Source of the DNA: Octopus sinensis | Lineage: Eukaryota | Direction: 5' to 3' | Assembly: GCF_006345805.1 (NCBI RefSeq) | Contig: NC_043003.1 | Coordinates: forward strand, 68,014,001-68,078,000 | DNA: 64,000 nucleotides | Shown here: in pieces, positions 38,762 through 52,497 of the stretch | How positions within the stretch are numbered: the stretch's first letter is position 1 | Layout: each line of letters starts with the position of its first letter | Made by a program: the position numbers and the translations under genes | The notes under the pieces: generated by a model | What the model was told of the DNA's origin: nothing | The model's input: the letters and a program-made list of their open reading frames with translations, nothing else | Database searches by the model: none

Positions 38762-40099
38762 AACGGGAAGCTTTATGAAAATAAACAAAAGACGAAGGCA
38801 GGTGGAAAACAAACGAACAATTGCATTAGTACGTATTGGTATGTATAAGTGTGTGTGTGTGTGTGTGTATGAGAGAGTATAAGTGCGTATGCGGGGTCTG
38901 GACGTGTGTATGTATAGGGTTGGTGTATGTATTAGTATGTACTAGTATGTATTAGTACGTATTAGTATGTATTAGTTGGTGTGTGTATTAGTATGGCACA
39001 TCATATGTGATGTGATGTGTAAAGTCATGTGGTGTAGTGAGGAGAAGAGGGGGAGAGAGGGGGGAGAGAAGGGGAGGGGGGGAGGAAGGAGGGAAGAGGA
39101 GAGGAGGGGGGAGGAGGGGGATGAAGGAGGAAAGAGGGAGAGGGGGAGAGAGAAAGGAGAGAGGGAGTGAGGGAGCAGAGGGAAGGGGAAGAGGGAGAGA
39201 GAAAGAGGGAAGAAGGGAAGGGGAGTAGGGGTGAAAGGATGAAGGACTGAAGAAGTAGGGGTCGGGGGGAAAGGATAGGTGAGGAGGGGGGGAGAGGGGG
39301 TTTAGATGAGGAGGGGGGGAGAGTTGAGACCAAATGGCGTATAAGAGCGAAGAGAGAAGATTATTCCTGTTCACGGCGCAAACGGGAATCCGGATGGCCT
39401 CTGTATAAGGACAAACCGAACACAGATAGGTGTTGCAAGGAGTGACGGTGGAGCGGAAATGGCGTGAGACCGGTGTGTCGTTCGCAAGGTGGATGTCACG
39501 AAGGTGTTCCGCGAACCGGTCAGCCAAGCGGCGTCCCGTTTGTCCGATGTACAAGAATTGCAGAGAGAGCAAGAGATGCAATAGATAATATTGCTGGAGG
39601 TGCAGGTGAAGGAGTGGATGATGGGATAGGGTCGATGGTGGGTGCTAGTGAGGCGCGGGTGGTGTTGGAGAGGTAAGGGCAAGTGCGCGCAACGTGGGCG
39701 GGAGCAGGGGAACGAGCCGGGTTGGGAGGTAGGGTCAGGGAAGGAGCTATGGACCAAAAGTCTCGAAGGTTGTGGGCTCGTTTGAAAGAGGGGAGGGGTC
39801 GGTTAGGGAAGAGGTGTGAAGTGGACGGGTCGGACTGGAGATGACGGAAAGCTCGAAGAATGGTGCGTTGGAGACGTAGGGTCGTGGGGTGGTAAGTGAG
39901 GGGAAAATGGAGGCGGGAGACTACAGGGCGGGTTCGGGGAGAGAGAGCAGATACACGGTCCACGGACCGTGCTCTGGCAAGGGCGGTGTGGATAGTGGTG
40001 AGGGGGTATCCACGTAGGTGAAGTGGTGAGCCATACGTTGAGACTGAGTCTCAAAGTCATGGTCGTCACTACAGAGCCTACGTAGACGGAGGAATTGGG
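38762..40099 (-). mobile_element. 5'-truncated Penelope-like element (Neptune-like; thumb, Zn-linker and GIY-YIG endonuclease) with pyrimidine-rich 3' region, embedded in (TA)n
   Basis: [78 protein letters not shown] and LYIGQTGRRLADRFAEHLRDI. Both ends abut (TA)n. Confidence 0.92.
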
Positions 40100-40100
40100 A

Positions 40101-40132
<32 letters not shown>

Positions 40133-40215
40133 ATATATATATATATATATATATATATTCATATGTACATATATATGTATATGTATGTATATATTATATA
40201 TATATATTATATATA

Positions 40216-40260
<45 letters not shown>

Positions 40261-40854
40261 GTGTGTGTGTTTGTGTGTGTGTGTGTATATATATACCTGA
40301 GCGTTATACTAATACATGTTTGTTTTGTACACCACTTATCTTCGTCTTTTGTTTTTTTTTCGTAAACTCACCCATATATATATATATATATATTCACACT
40401 CATACATATATATGGATAGATAGATAGTTAGATAGATAGTTAGATAAATAGATAGATAGATAGACAGATAGATAGATGGGTATCTGTATATATTATGTCT
40501 AATACCTATATAAACTCATAATGCATACAAACATGTATACGTATACCTGTGTGAGTTTGCATACCGTTAGAAGAACGAACAAACGGCAGCAAACAGTAAA
40601 TGTAATTTTTAACAGGCTGAGTCACTCCTATGTTATTCAAACTTTCCTTGGCGCATATATACTTGGCGATTGCTAGACTTTAAGATGGAAATGATGAGAG
40701 TGAGATGTAAAGATATTTCATAAGTGGCAATAATTAGACTTCACTCTTTAGAGCGACTCACAAAATAACACATAAATATTCGCAAACAAATACAAACACA
40801 CACACGCACGCACACATACATGCATGCATGCATTCATACATACATTTATACATT

Positions 40855-40913
<59 letters not shown>

Positions 40914-40922
40914 TATATATGT

Positions 40923-41010
<88 letters not shown>

Positions 41011-41048
41011 TATATATAATATATATATGTATATATAATATATATATA

Positions 41049-41110
<62 letters not shown>
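40855..41110. repeat. Long interrupted (TA)n microsatellite
   Basis: Direct reading of the sequence. Confidence 0.95.
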
Positions 41111-41247
41111 CATATATAACAATAATTATATATAAAATTTCTTGTATAAATCTTTACCGAATATGTTTTCTTTCCATACCGGAACTACTTGGTAAAATTT
41201 ATTAATTATAAATTAATAATGTTTTACCCTATATATATATATATATG

Positions 41248-41326
41248 CAAGATAAGAAAATGGAGAAATACATCTAAATCAAATATCAAATTTGATTTAG
41301 ATGTATTTCTCCATTTTCTTATCTTG
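41248..41326. repeat. Perfect inverted repeat, 37-bp arms, 5-nt loop
   Basis: CAAGATAAGAAAATGGAGAAATACATCTAAATCAAAT-ATCAA-ATTTGATTTAGATGTATTTCTCCATTTTCTTATCTTG. Confidence 0.97.
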
Positions 41327-41504
41327 TATTAGTAATTTGTGGTAAATCATTTGACCTTTGCCCATATAATACAGTAAATGACTTAATTGCATCGCAATCA
41401 TTAACATTTATGTATTAATTTTGTTGGGTACTTCACTAGCAGTATATTTACAACCCCTATCTCAATTTGTATATATATATATATATATATATATACTCAC
41501 ACAC

Positions 41505-41540
<36 letters not shown>

Positions 41541-42171
41541 TGTATATTAAACGAAATATTCGAAACAGGAGGGAGAGGCTTCGGCGAATACTTAAAAGTT
41601 AAAAAGAAGGGAATTAGTCTTCATGTTTCCGAGTTTTCTTTGTTATCGGAAGTCGGAGAGGCGCATAATATGAGGGGGTAAAACACTACTTGTTATAGAT
41701 CAGCTCGGAATTGAGTTCTATAGGTGAGCTAATAAGGGTGGAGGGGCAGTAGTTTATGAGCAAATACATGAACTGAACCGCCTTGAGATCTAAGAGTACG
41801 AGGTGAGCGTTGTTTGTACATCTGAGGTATGTGGATGCACCTAACTGATTCCAATTTGCAGGTTTTAGTTTAGTGGGTTGGTGGTACTGTAAGATGGTGT
41901 GTGTCAGTGCGCGCGCGCCTGTGTATGTGCTATCTTACTGTGTGTAAGAAAGGCATGGAAGTGTCGAATACAAAAGAGGGTGCAAAAAGAATGGGCTGCT
42001 GCTGCAAGTGAAATGTTTCCGTGGAGGAATATATGCAAGGAAGATGATAAGATCAGAGAAAACGTTGGAAGTTCAGTGAGAGAAGCAGTGTCCAAGAAAT
42101 ACACACACTCACACATACACACATGGAGGCACACATAGAGGTGTATCTCTCTCTCTCTCCTCGCTCTCACT

Positions 42172-42225
<54 letters not shown>

Positions 42226-42232
42226 TATTATA

Positions 42233-42380
42233 TACCAGAGTAAACACATAATATGAAACAGGGTGGAAAAAAGACTACTCAAATACCCGTGGTAGAGTAA
42301 TATGCTTTATTTAAAGCACCAGAAAATTCAACAAAACCTGTTACTCTGAGTTTCCCGTTGCCGTTCATCGGACTGTCCTC
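42233..42380 (-). mobile_element. Short (TA)n-adjacent repeat carrying a degenerate hammerhead, probably a PLE pseudo-LTR; truncated paralog at about 49495-49575
   Basis: GAGTAAACACATAA...GGTGGAAAAAAGA.TACTCAAATACC.GTGGTAGAGTAATATGCTTTATTT is shared with the 49495 copy. The minus strand reads CAGT-CCGATGA-ACG-GCAA-CGG-GAAAC-TCAGA-GTA^-ACAG at 42337-42375. Confidence 0.7.
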
Positions 42381-42513
42381 TACTCTGATCAATACTAATC
42401 AAAGGCATTACCCAATACCATTAATAAATGATGGCATGTATATATGCATGCATGTTTATATGCACACGGTGTAATGCGATGAATATTTAAAAAATAGCTG
42501 ATTATATGTTGGG

Positions 42514-42570
42514 TCCAGCTGATGAGTGTAACAATCTTTTACATACACGAAGCGAAATCTATAGATCCTG
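42514..42570 (+). ncRNA. Candidate hammerhead ribozyme motif with a 5-nt insertion
   Basis: CAG-CTGATGA-GTGTA(13-nt loop)TACAC-GAAGC-GAAA-TCTATAGATC^-CTG. Helix II is a perfect 5 bp and helix III contains the palindrome ATCTATAGAT. Confidence 0.45.
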
Positions 42571-42850
42571 AAATATACAAATGCTTACTTATGTGCTCCA
42601 AAGCAACCTGGTCTCTCCTATATTTATTACATCCACCGATTGTATTTTTGTAGTGAGTAAATTGTAGCTTAAGCGATTGCTCTGCTCATAGCAAGTGGTA
42701 TTTCAATAACCGTCTGTATTTTATTTATATCTTACCTACCGATGTCTAAACCTGCTAGCCGCTCTATTGATAACATTATTATTTATGATGTTAGTGATAC
42801 TTATGTTTCACGTCCTTTACCAATATATGCATATATATATTTATATATAT

Positions 42851-43272
42851 GGGCGCAGGAGTGGCTGTGTGGTAAGTAGCTTGTCTACCAACCACATGGT
42901 TCCGGGTTCAGTCCCACTGCGTGGCACCTTGAGCAAGTGTCTTCTACTATAGCCTCGGGCCAACCAAAGCCTTGTGAGTGAATTTGGTAGACGGAAACTG
43001 AAAGAAGCCCGTCGTATATATGTATATGTATATATATGTATGCATGTGTGTGTTTGTGTGTCTGTGTTTGTCCCTCTGGCATTGGTTGACAACCGATGCT
43101 GGTGTGTTTATGTCCCCGTCACTTAGCGGTTCGGCAAAAAGAGACCGATAGAATAAGTACTGGGCTTACAAAAGAATAAGTTCCGGGGTCGAGTTGCTCG
43201 ATTAAAGGCGGTGCTCCAGCATGGCCGCAGTCAAATGACTGAAACAAGTAAAAGAGTAAAAGAGTAAAAGAG
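42851..43272 (+). mobile_element. SINE family B, full length
   Basis: GGGCGCAGGAGTGGCTGTGTGGTAAG head and (GTAAAAGA)n tail, inserted in (TA)n. Confidence 0.93.
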
Positions 43273-43986
43273 TATATATATATATATGCATATTCTTATT
43301 TGATTGAACGAAACGCATCCATTTCCAAGTAAGCTGATCTTAATCGTTTTGATCCTACTCTACTCTATGCTCCTCTCGCCCCTATCGTTTTCTCTCTCAT
43401 CCTCTCTCCAATTCTGTTTCTCTCCCCTTCACCGTTTTCTATCTGTCTCTCTCCCTCTTGCTCTTTCATTCTCTCTCGTTCTTTACATGTGACCATCGTC
43501 CATCTTTCTTTTCCTCACGTGTTCATCTTTCTTTTCTTTCGGGGCTGTCCTAGGGGCTGAACGTATCCTATCTATCTCTCTCTTCTATCTTTTCTCTTGT
43601 CAAAGAAAATATTTCTCCAGCGTTCGCTATTTTACGCTCGTTCTAGTCTAACCACCCTTCTTAATTTTTTTCGTTTGGTTTCCTTATATGTCTCCATTAT
43701 CCCGTTTTTGGTTCCAACTTTGTCCCCCACCACACCCATAAATCCCAAATTTGATTTTCTATTCGAGAAGCGACTACCTTCGAAGACTCATATTGTCGTT
43801 CAATGCTCAAAATGAGAGGTAGATAGGCAGCCAGCTTCTGATGAAGGGTTGTTCTTTATGTTACTTGTCCTATTTTCCATTTGTTTCTCTCGTTGTTTGC
43901 ATATTCAACTCAATTGTTTTCGTATCTCATGTTGTTTACTGTTTGTGAGATCATGTACACATATATGCATATATATATATATAATT

Positions 43987-44033
<47 letters not shown>

Positions 44034-45406
44034 TATATATATATATATGTACATATATATATAATGTATATGTATGTGTGTATATATTTATACATCTACA
44101 TATTATTCATATGGATTAGTAATTTCGAGGTCTATGGAATTAAATTTCAATTATGTCGTATTACCTCAACTAATTATCACATGTATCCGCTTTCAGGGAA
44201 CCTATAACGCCGTATAAGAATCACTTGAAGGCAATAATCTGCATAATTCTATGCAAGTGCATTCATTTCTTGCAGGATTTAGGTAACTTCTGTTCAATTC
44301 TCAATTGAAGTTCCGCCGATTTGATTATTCTTTTCATATATGTAATGTCAATAACAATACAAATATGAAATTGATGAAGGAAGTAATGTTTGTTGTTTTA
44401 TACAATTACAACTCGATATGTTTCTGGTGGTTTCTTATATCAGATGACCGTCTTCGATATGCCCAGCATACATTAGAGTATATTGTGATACATCTTAGGT
44501 GGATTTTAGAATGAAATTTCAAGGTAGAGTAGTGTGTCGACTACCATACGAATAATGCTCGATATACGACAATAAAGCACTACATTTCATTGTGAACTGA
44601 ACTGAGAGCTACTTATCCAACAGTATACACCTCCATCCAATATCATTAACTTAAGGGCGACTTTATGCATCAGTTGAGTAAGATAAAATAGCTGATTTCG
44701 GGTGAATAGTTTGTTATATTTTCAGCAGACTTTCGCCTAATAACATCATCAAAGGTACATAATCTAAACAACTCCAATAAGAAGCATATAATATTGCTGT
44801 TCGATGAAACCAGCCAACTTGAACGTCGTTTCCGGACAAATGTAATAATGCACTGACATACCGCTGTTATAAAGAAAACATTAAATACACACAAACTGCC
44901 CTTGTCTGTCGTTCACTTCTTATCTACTCTACAACCGGTAATAGTCAAATGTAATTAAACCGATCACAATATTGCAGGAAAGTACTGCTTCACACTTATT
45001 TTTTCCCTTTTTATTTATCAATCGCAATACATCTCATCTTCTAATATTAGATACACTGAACATACAATAAACTAAAGTAATTTTGAACGTGTATACTTTT
45101 AATATATTTCACATCGCAGTATTCAAGTCTCATCCAATTGTTCGATGCCAATCTCATGTGTAACATAAACAATCAATTGTAAATAACATTTCATCGTATG
45201 ATCTTCACAATTTATGACCTACGAATCCCGAGAACACATTTATTTTGTGAGGCCCGCAGCAACGCCAACTGGGAATACACGGTGATGACATTTTAGCGCA
45301 CTCTCTCACTGACTTTCAAACAGTTGCTGGGATGTAAATATGGTAATAAACTCGAAGAGTACAATTCCAGTTAGCTAAACAAAATCAAGCCAAAAAATAT
45401 ACAGAA

Positions 45407-45785
<379 letters not shown>

Positions 45786-47844
45786 GATAACAGATTATCA
45801 TTCGCGCTCATTGAAGTTGAACCGCTTTAAGAACTCTGTACACTTCTAACATCAAATTACTATCGAACACTTTTATCCTTTTGCTTTACAAACTACATCA
45901 AACCAACAATACACTCATATTAAAACAGGCACGGTAAATATGTTTCTGTACTCGTATGTTTATTTTTGTCTTCTTTTTTCGTTTGTACCCGTTTATATAA
46001 GAATAAAACTGAATATCGACGCCAATATCATTGATATTAAAGAATTAAATTTAAAACTAGAAAGTGATAGTCATAATTGTAAATGTCTGTTCTAGTTGAA
46101 TTACAAGTAGTTTACCTGAGGCTATATTAATTATCTTAAAATTATTGGAGTAGTAATCTTCATAGCGTATATTATGTAAATAATGTCTACAACTGAAGCA
46201 TTTAGTAATCATTCTATACAATTCTGTGTTTGGAAATTGAGTAATAAATGACATTTCTCATATTTCTTTCTTTCTTTCTTAATCGTTCAAGAGAGCTGGA
46301 GATTGATTACACACGTTGTAAAATGCGAAGTAAAGATGGTTTTCAAAGAAATCCAATTTCGTCTCCTTTCTTTGACCATATTTTTTCTCTCCCTGTGTCA
46401 TTTTATCTGTCAAGTATTGTTGTCACTTGCCATGGAACTGCGATCGATCATGTTTTCTTATTAGAGACCCCAGTCAACTGAGAGTGCCACCATGTTTATT
46501 CCTTTGTCATATTAATACTCTTATTGCTACAGTGTTCATAATATATTAAGTTTTTTACCTTTGAGGATGCAGGCAAATTTATTGAAACAATTGAGCAGTT
46601 GACAGGTAGTCCCACGTTTATAACGTTTAAAATAATGCATGATGTGTGTGCATGTGCGGGTACGGCTTGACAAGTTTAATAAAGACTTGCGAACACAGCA
46701 GATATAAAATAATAAACGAAATGGAGAATAGGGACTTACAAACGTATTTCCAGTTTTCTTCTCTATATTCTCGTATCAGGAATCTATGATTACATTCTGA
46801 CATTCACATGCTTCAATATTTTATATCCCTATAGACTGATAAAATAAACGAATCTATCTGAAATGGAATATTTTATAAAGTCCCATAAGACAGAGAACTT
46901 AGAAAATATAAAATTTATACAACAGTTTTTAATCACGCTCATCCGCCAAGATTCCCTTTTCTAAATAAGATCCAAATAACGAAAGCGATACAATACAATA
47001 TAAATGAAACAGTCAGCAGATTGGCTTGTGCAATCATTTTCTTTCTTCCTCAATTTATTTCTAGCTCTCAACTTAAGTTTTCCTGCTGCATAATTCTGCG
47101 ACACCCATGCTTAAGGGTCCTTCTTTCTCCTATAATTCACAGGGTATCCGTTTAAACATTTTCTTTCGTACGATGTCAGACTAGTTACTAACATAAAACG
47201 TCCACTGGATATATTGTATAACATAAATATCTTGTTTTTCACAACCCCGTCCATATGCCTTGGAATCTTCAGAGACAGCATGTGACCAATGTAGTTCACT
47301 GTAATAAATTATCATCACTCGGTACTTATATAGTTAAAGTCAGAAAGGATGATAAAGTTAAAAAATTTTATTTGTACAATAAAAATGTATAACATGGCTT
47401 CATTCGATCACCCTGCAGCTTCCAATAATTAACCAAACATAGAAATATAGACTTTGTTTTTCCATTCGCTATTTCATTGGTATTTTTTTTTTTTTTGCTT
47501 ACAGTTTCAACACAAACATGAACAAGGTGAATGTTTTTTTTACATCAACATCTATGCATTTTGTTACGGTGTTTTGGCTATGAAAGTCACTTTTGTAACA
47601 GTGAAGCAACAAACCATTCGTGTGTTGGCTATGACATGAAGAATGTTCTGAAAAAGATTATTCTTGTGCTGAATGAATACTCATTGATGATTAATGGTCT
47701 CTGCAACAAGGACTACCATAATTAGACTTTAGCATCCGTTCTGGCTCTAACAATATATGTTCCGAGTGATGATAGTTTATTAGAGTGAACTACATTGGCC
47801 ACATGTCGTCTAAGAAGATTCCGGGGCATATGGACGGGGGCGTT

Positions 47845-47950
47845 GTAGAGGGAGTAGAGTTTCAAGGCTTTAAGGCGGTCCCAGTAATCGAGATCACTCA
47901 TGCCTTCAATTCGTTTAGTGAGTGCTCTCTGGGGTGATTCAATCTTCGAG
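47845..47950 (-). mobile_element. CR1-group LINE 3' fragment
   Basis: Minus strand reads IISKIESPQRALTKRIEGMSDLDYWDRLKALKLYSL. Confidence 0.8.
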
Positions 47951-47981
47951 ATGATTTGTTTGTTTTATATATATATATATA

Positions 47982-48110
47982 TAATACAGATGGCATTCAC
48001 TGCATCTATTTCAGACGTGTTTTTCTGTTGATGAACCAATCGATTTCCCCATACAAAAAAAACACGGTTTTCTTCCGGTGAATTAAAAATAAAATTTAAA
48101 TTTTAGGATT
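47982..48110. repeat. Unclassified ~130-bp repeat; second direct copy at about 50252-50385
   Basis: CATCTATTTCAG...ATGAACCAATCGATT...CGGTTTTCTTC.GGTGAATTAAAAAT...TTTTAGGAT occurs in both copies, each directly after (TA)n. Confidence 0.8.
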
Positions 48111-48342
48111 TTCTAAATATTATACCCCAATGTAATGCCAGTCTGAATTGCCTTGTGGTTGGCCGATAATTTACAAATTGTACTACTGAGTCCAACCACA
48201 ACAGAACCTCTTGCACAAGGTTTCTCGGTTTCCTTATCGCTGGATTGAATTCATGTGTATTTCACTTCAAACCAATTCATATATTAGAAATATCTCGTTG
48301 CCCATCTTATCACGCAGATTTCATTTCCACATGACAAGGGAC

Positions 48343-48764
48343 GGATCGTTTCGGTTTGAACGTCAGTTTTTAACATAATTTCTAGGTAACTAAAAAAATT
48401 TAAACTTCGTATACTGGTAGAATGTGTTTACAAAACATCTCTTTCTCTTGGCTTTATTGAGTAAATTCTATAGTTTGTAAGTTTTTTGTTGTTTTTTCTT
48501 CAATTTCTGCAATTTCAGCCAATCAGTGACGTCTATTGAGTTAAAAATCATTCTGTGCCGTATGAATATGTCCCTCGTTTAAGAAACAGATTGGTTTTTT
48601 TTATATTTGTGAAGAGAAAAGATACCCTTCCCCCACCCCTAACCCTAACTAAATCTAACCTTAAAACAGATTGAAATGCAATAGATCGATACTAGGGTCA
48701 TAATTATGGGTGACAATTTCATATAACACCGCTAGAAAAACTGCCGTTCAAACCGAAAAGATCC
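48343..48764. mobile_element. MITE, second copy of the 3993-4407 element
   Basis: Same TIRs. Perfect 8-bp TSD CAAGGGAC at 48335-48342 and 48765-48772. CCCTAA repeats at 48637-48648. Confidence 0.93.
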
Positions 48765-49415
48765 CAAGGGACTAATAATGATTGCGGGATAGTCCCGTGC
48801 AGCAGCTTTTTGGAATAGTGGGTTTATTAGTCCATACAGTCGCAAGGTTCATGAAAATATCCTAGAATGCTAAAAATATCTTACATTCTGTATAGTCGAA
48901 GCATAGGAAACTAGTCAGGCTGTAATGTTCTTTCCCGCTTATGCACAACAGATGTGTGAATGCGTGGATGTGGCAATGTGCGTGTGTGTGAGTGATAAGA
49001 TCTGTGTGCATGTGTGAGAAAAAAACTCTGAGAGGTCAGCAGCTATAGAAACAGATGTGTAAATGCGTGAGGTGGGGTGGAGGGGTGTGCGCCCGTATAT
49101 TCATATGTGCGTGATGGAAGTGTCAATAGCGAATAAGAGGCAGAGGCAGTCTGAAGCGAGTGTGAAATGGGTGGTGTGGTGTGGCAGTATGAATGAGTGT
49201 GCGTGGTTATGTGCGTGTGTATGTGTGTGTGTATGTGTGTGTGCGTGTGTATTGTCATGAATGCGTAGATGGAGTGGGTATATGTCTATCAGGAGTACTT
49301 AAAACAGTTTTTGAAGTGTACAAGTAATTCTTTAAAAAGTTACTTTTTAAAAAAATGCTATAAAAATATCTTATGACTATGTTACTAACCATTTGGGGTA
49401 AGAAGTTGTTTTCTC

Positions 49416-49495
<80 letters not shown>

Positions 49496-49599
49496 ACCGG
49501 AGTAAACACATAAATGTGAAACAAGGTGGAAAAAAGAGTACTCAAATACCAGTGGTAGAGTAATATGCTTTATTTGCTGCTGCTTTAATAAAGTATATA

Positions 49600-49635
<36 letters not shown>

Positions 49636-49689
49636 TGTATGTATGTATATATATATATATATATAATATATATAATATATATAATATAT

Positions 49690-49738
<49 letters not shown>

Positions 49739-50191
49739 CAATATAAGGAATGGACATAATAGGACATTCTATAGCGAGAAAGAAAGGATAGTCAAAGACT
49801 ATATGATATACATTCAACAATATAAGGAATGGCCGTAATAGGATATTCGACTCACTAGAAAGAGCAGCCAAACTCAAACCGCTAATAGTTGTAATTCTGA
49901 AATTGAAAGAGAAAAATATAAACGTTTACCCCTTTCATCTCTAATCTATGCATACTTTCGGCAAACTTTGGTAAACAAATTAATTAAATTAAATTAAATT
50001 TATTTACTACTGGCATGCCTAGTCAGCAGAGAAGCCAATGACGAGTATATCTCCACGAGGCGATGGTAAGGAAGCCTCCAGTCTATATGCTCAAAATTTT
50101 TAAAATTTACCGCAATCGCGCGGTCTTCTCAGCAGCAAATATAAACTGCTGATTTAATTTCAAAATTAGCCAAAAAATCATTAATTAATAA

Positions 50192-50243
<52 letters not shown>

Positions 50244-50605
50244 ATATATATATAACAGAGACGTCATTCGCTACATCTATTTCAGGTGTGTTTTTCTATT
50301 AATGAACCAATCGATTACTCATGTAACAAAAAAAAAACGGTTTTCTTCTGGTGAATTAAAAATGAAATTTTAATTTTAGGATCTTTCACACAAATGGTAT
50401 ATAATGTATAATGACAATTACATCGCGGTGCTGGTTGAGAGAGTAAATTGGGAATCTTATTTCATGTTAAATATACACAGCAATAAATCTATCAACATTT
50501 TCATTATTTATGTATATGGTATGTATATTTATATGGTGTGTTTGTGTGTGTTTGTGTCTTTGTGTGCGTGTGTCTGCATTTCTGTGTGTGAGTGTGTGTT
50601 TACTC

Positions 50606-50647
<42 letters not shown>

Positions 50648-50649
50648 GA

Positions 50650-50702
<53 letters not shown>

Positions 50703-51654
50703 ATAAGTAATTCTGCCCACATAGAAATGAGGAAACCAACAACAATATAAAAACAAAAATCAAACTGAATATGTTCTTTTAATACCGTCGTAGATAGAAG
50801 TACATTCATGAAATAAATTGTTTTCTGCGATGCGCTTCTCCGGAGATATATTATACCATCCATCATAATTTCCTCCATTAAAATAGAACATTTCTCCGAA
50901 ATTTTGAGGATGTGCAGGTAACATTAATTTATAAATGTCAAAGGAAAATTTACATTACCCAATGAAATTACAAATAATGAATTATAAATGAGCTTCATCA
51001 GCATTCATTAATATAAAGGTTATATGCTATTATATTATATTATTGTGCCCTAATGCCTACAGATATTTCATGAATATGTCAACCCTTTAAGACATTTATC
51101 TCATTCTGCTCTATACTTAGATGTTTCGAAGAGAATCGTATTTACAATGCTTAATATCATGCTATGAAGTTTAGTAATGCATCTTAGCGTTTATTGTAAA
51201 ATCAGTAAGTTTTCCCCAGAGAACAACGGTTGTCGTTTTACGCTAGACCACCTTATTTGACCTGAGGATTCAAACAATATTAAGCTATGTGATATATACT
51301 TTAATTAATTTGAGATGATTATAGAATAGATCAATTGTATATGTTAACGGTAATCATTAACTAGAAATTAATAATAAAATTGTTATGGAAATGTTCTTCC
51401 CTTAATGATTTCTATTGTAATGCAGTTACAAATTTTATCGAGATCGGTCAGGTGAAAAGTAAAATCGACCTCAAGGTTAATTAAACGAAGAATTAGACAA
51501 ACTATAGAGCGTAGACTAACTGGCTCGCTTCTAATCTATTATTTACTTTTCAACCGTTATATATATTTCTGAGAGTGTTTGTGTGTGTGTAAGATTGTAT
51601 ACATAAATGTGTGTAAATACACACATACGTATATATGTATCAATACATGTGTGT

Positions 51655-51729
<75 letters not shown>

Positions 51730-52497
51730 GTATGTATGTTTGCATGTATGTTTGTGTGTGTATACCAATTTATGGATAAACGCTAGTGTTTTCTTAAGAA
51801 GCCATTATTTCTTGAAAATTTGGTGGTTTCAATGAGAATATGTGAACCATGAATTCACCAGGATTTTGTGAAAATTCCCAAATACGGCGAACAAAATATT
51901 AATGCATCGTTCTCAAAACATTGTGTTGTAATTACATTTTTTACTTTCCATAGTTTCATATACGCATTAGTTGCAAAAGAATGTGCATTATTCGTAATTT
52001 TTTCAGGGTTCCTGTAACTGAAGGGCATACTCCCTGAGAGGGGTCACATGAGTTGAAGACACACAAGAGTGTCAGAGAATTTTAAACCAAGTGACATATG
52101 AAGTGTACTTCTCTAGATCATGTAACTCACTCCGTGGAAGTCCCCTTTCAGTTTGGTTGCTATCTAACTTACGGACCGTGTAAGAATAAAGCACAAAATC
52201 GATTCAACGGGATTCTAATCATAGAATAAAGAGATATGCCCTAAATATGGCAAAATATATATTTTTATTTTAAACCTGACATTATGGCAATATGTATTTC
52301 TGAAGTAATCCTTTTTAATATAGGCTTTGGGCGGGAAGGGGACTAGTCAAATTCATCGATCCCAGGACTCAGATAGTACTCATTTCATTGATCTTAAAAC
52401 AATAAACGGTAAAATGGAACTCAGGCGTGTTAGGAGTCTGGACTTTGGACGTGAAGATGGATGAAATATTGCGAAACATCTTGTTCGACGTGTTAAA

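Noticed and set aside
43838-43870. CTGATGAAGGG hammerhead-like half in a probable PLE-type repeat
   Set aside because: No GAAAC or cleavage triplet follows, so the motif is incomplete.
44716-44760. Micro-exon candidate (TTTTCAG...AAG/GTACAT)
   Set aside because: It has splice-like dinucleotides only, with no partner exons or homology to support it.
50105-50135. Minus-strand CTGAGAAG-ACCGC(6)GCGGT-AAA hammerhead-like remnant
   Set aside because: The core is defective in both halves and there is no helix I or III.
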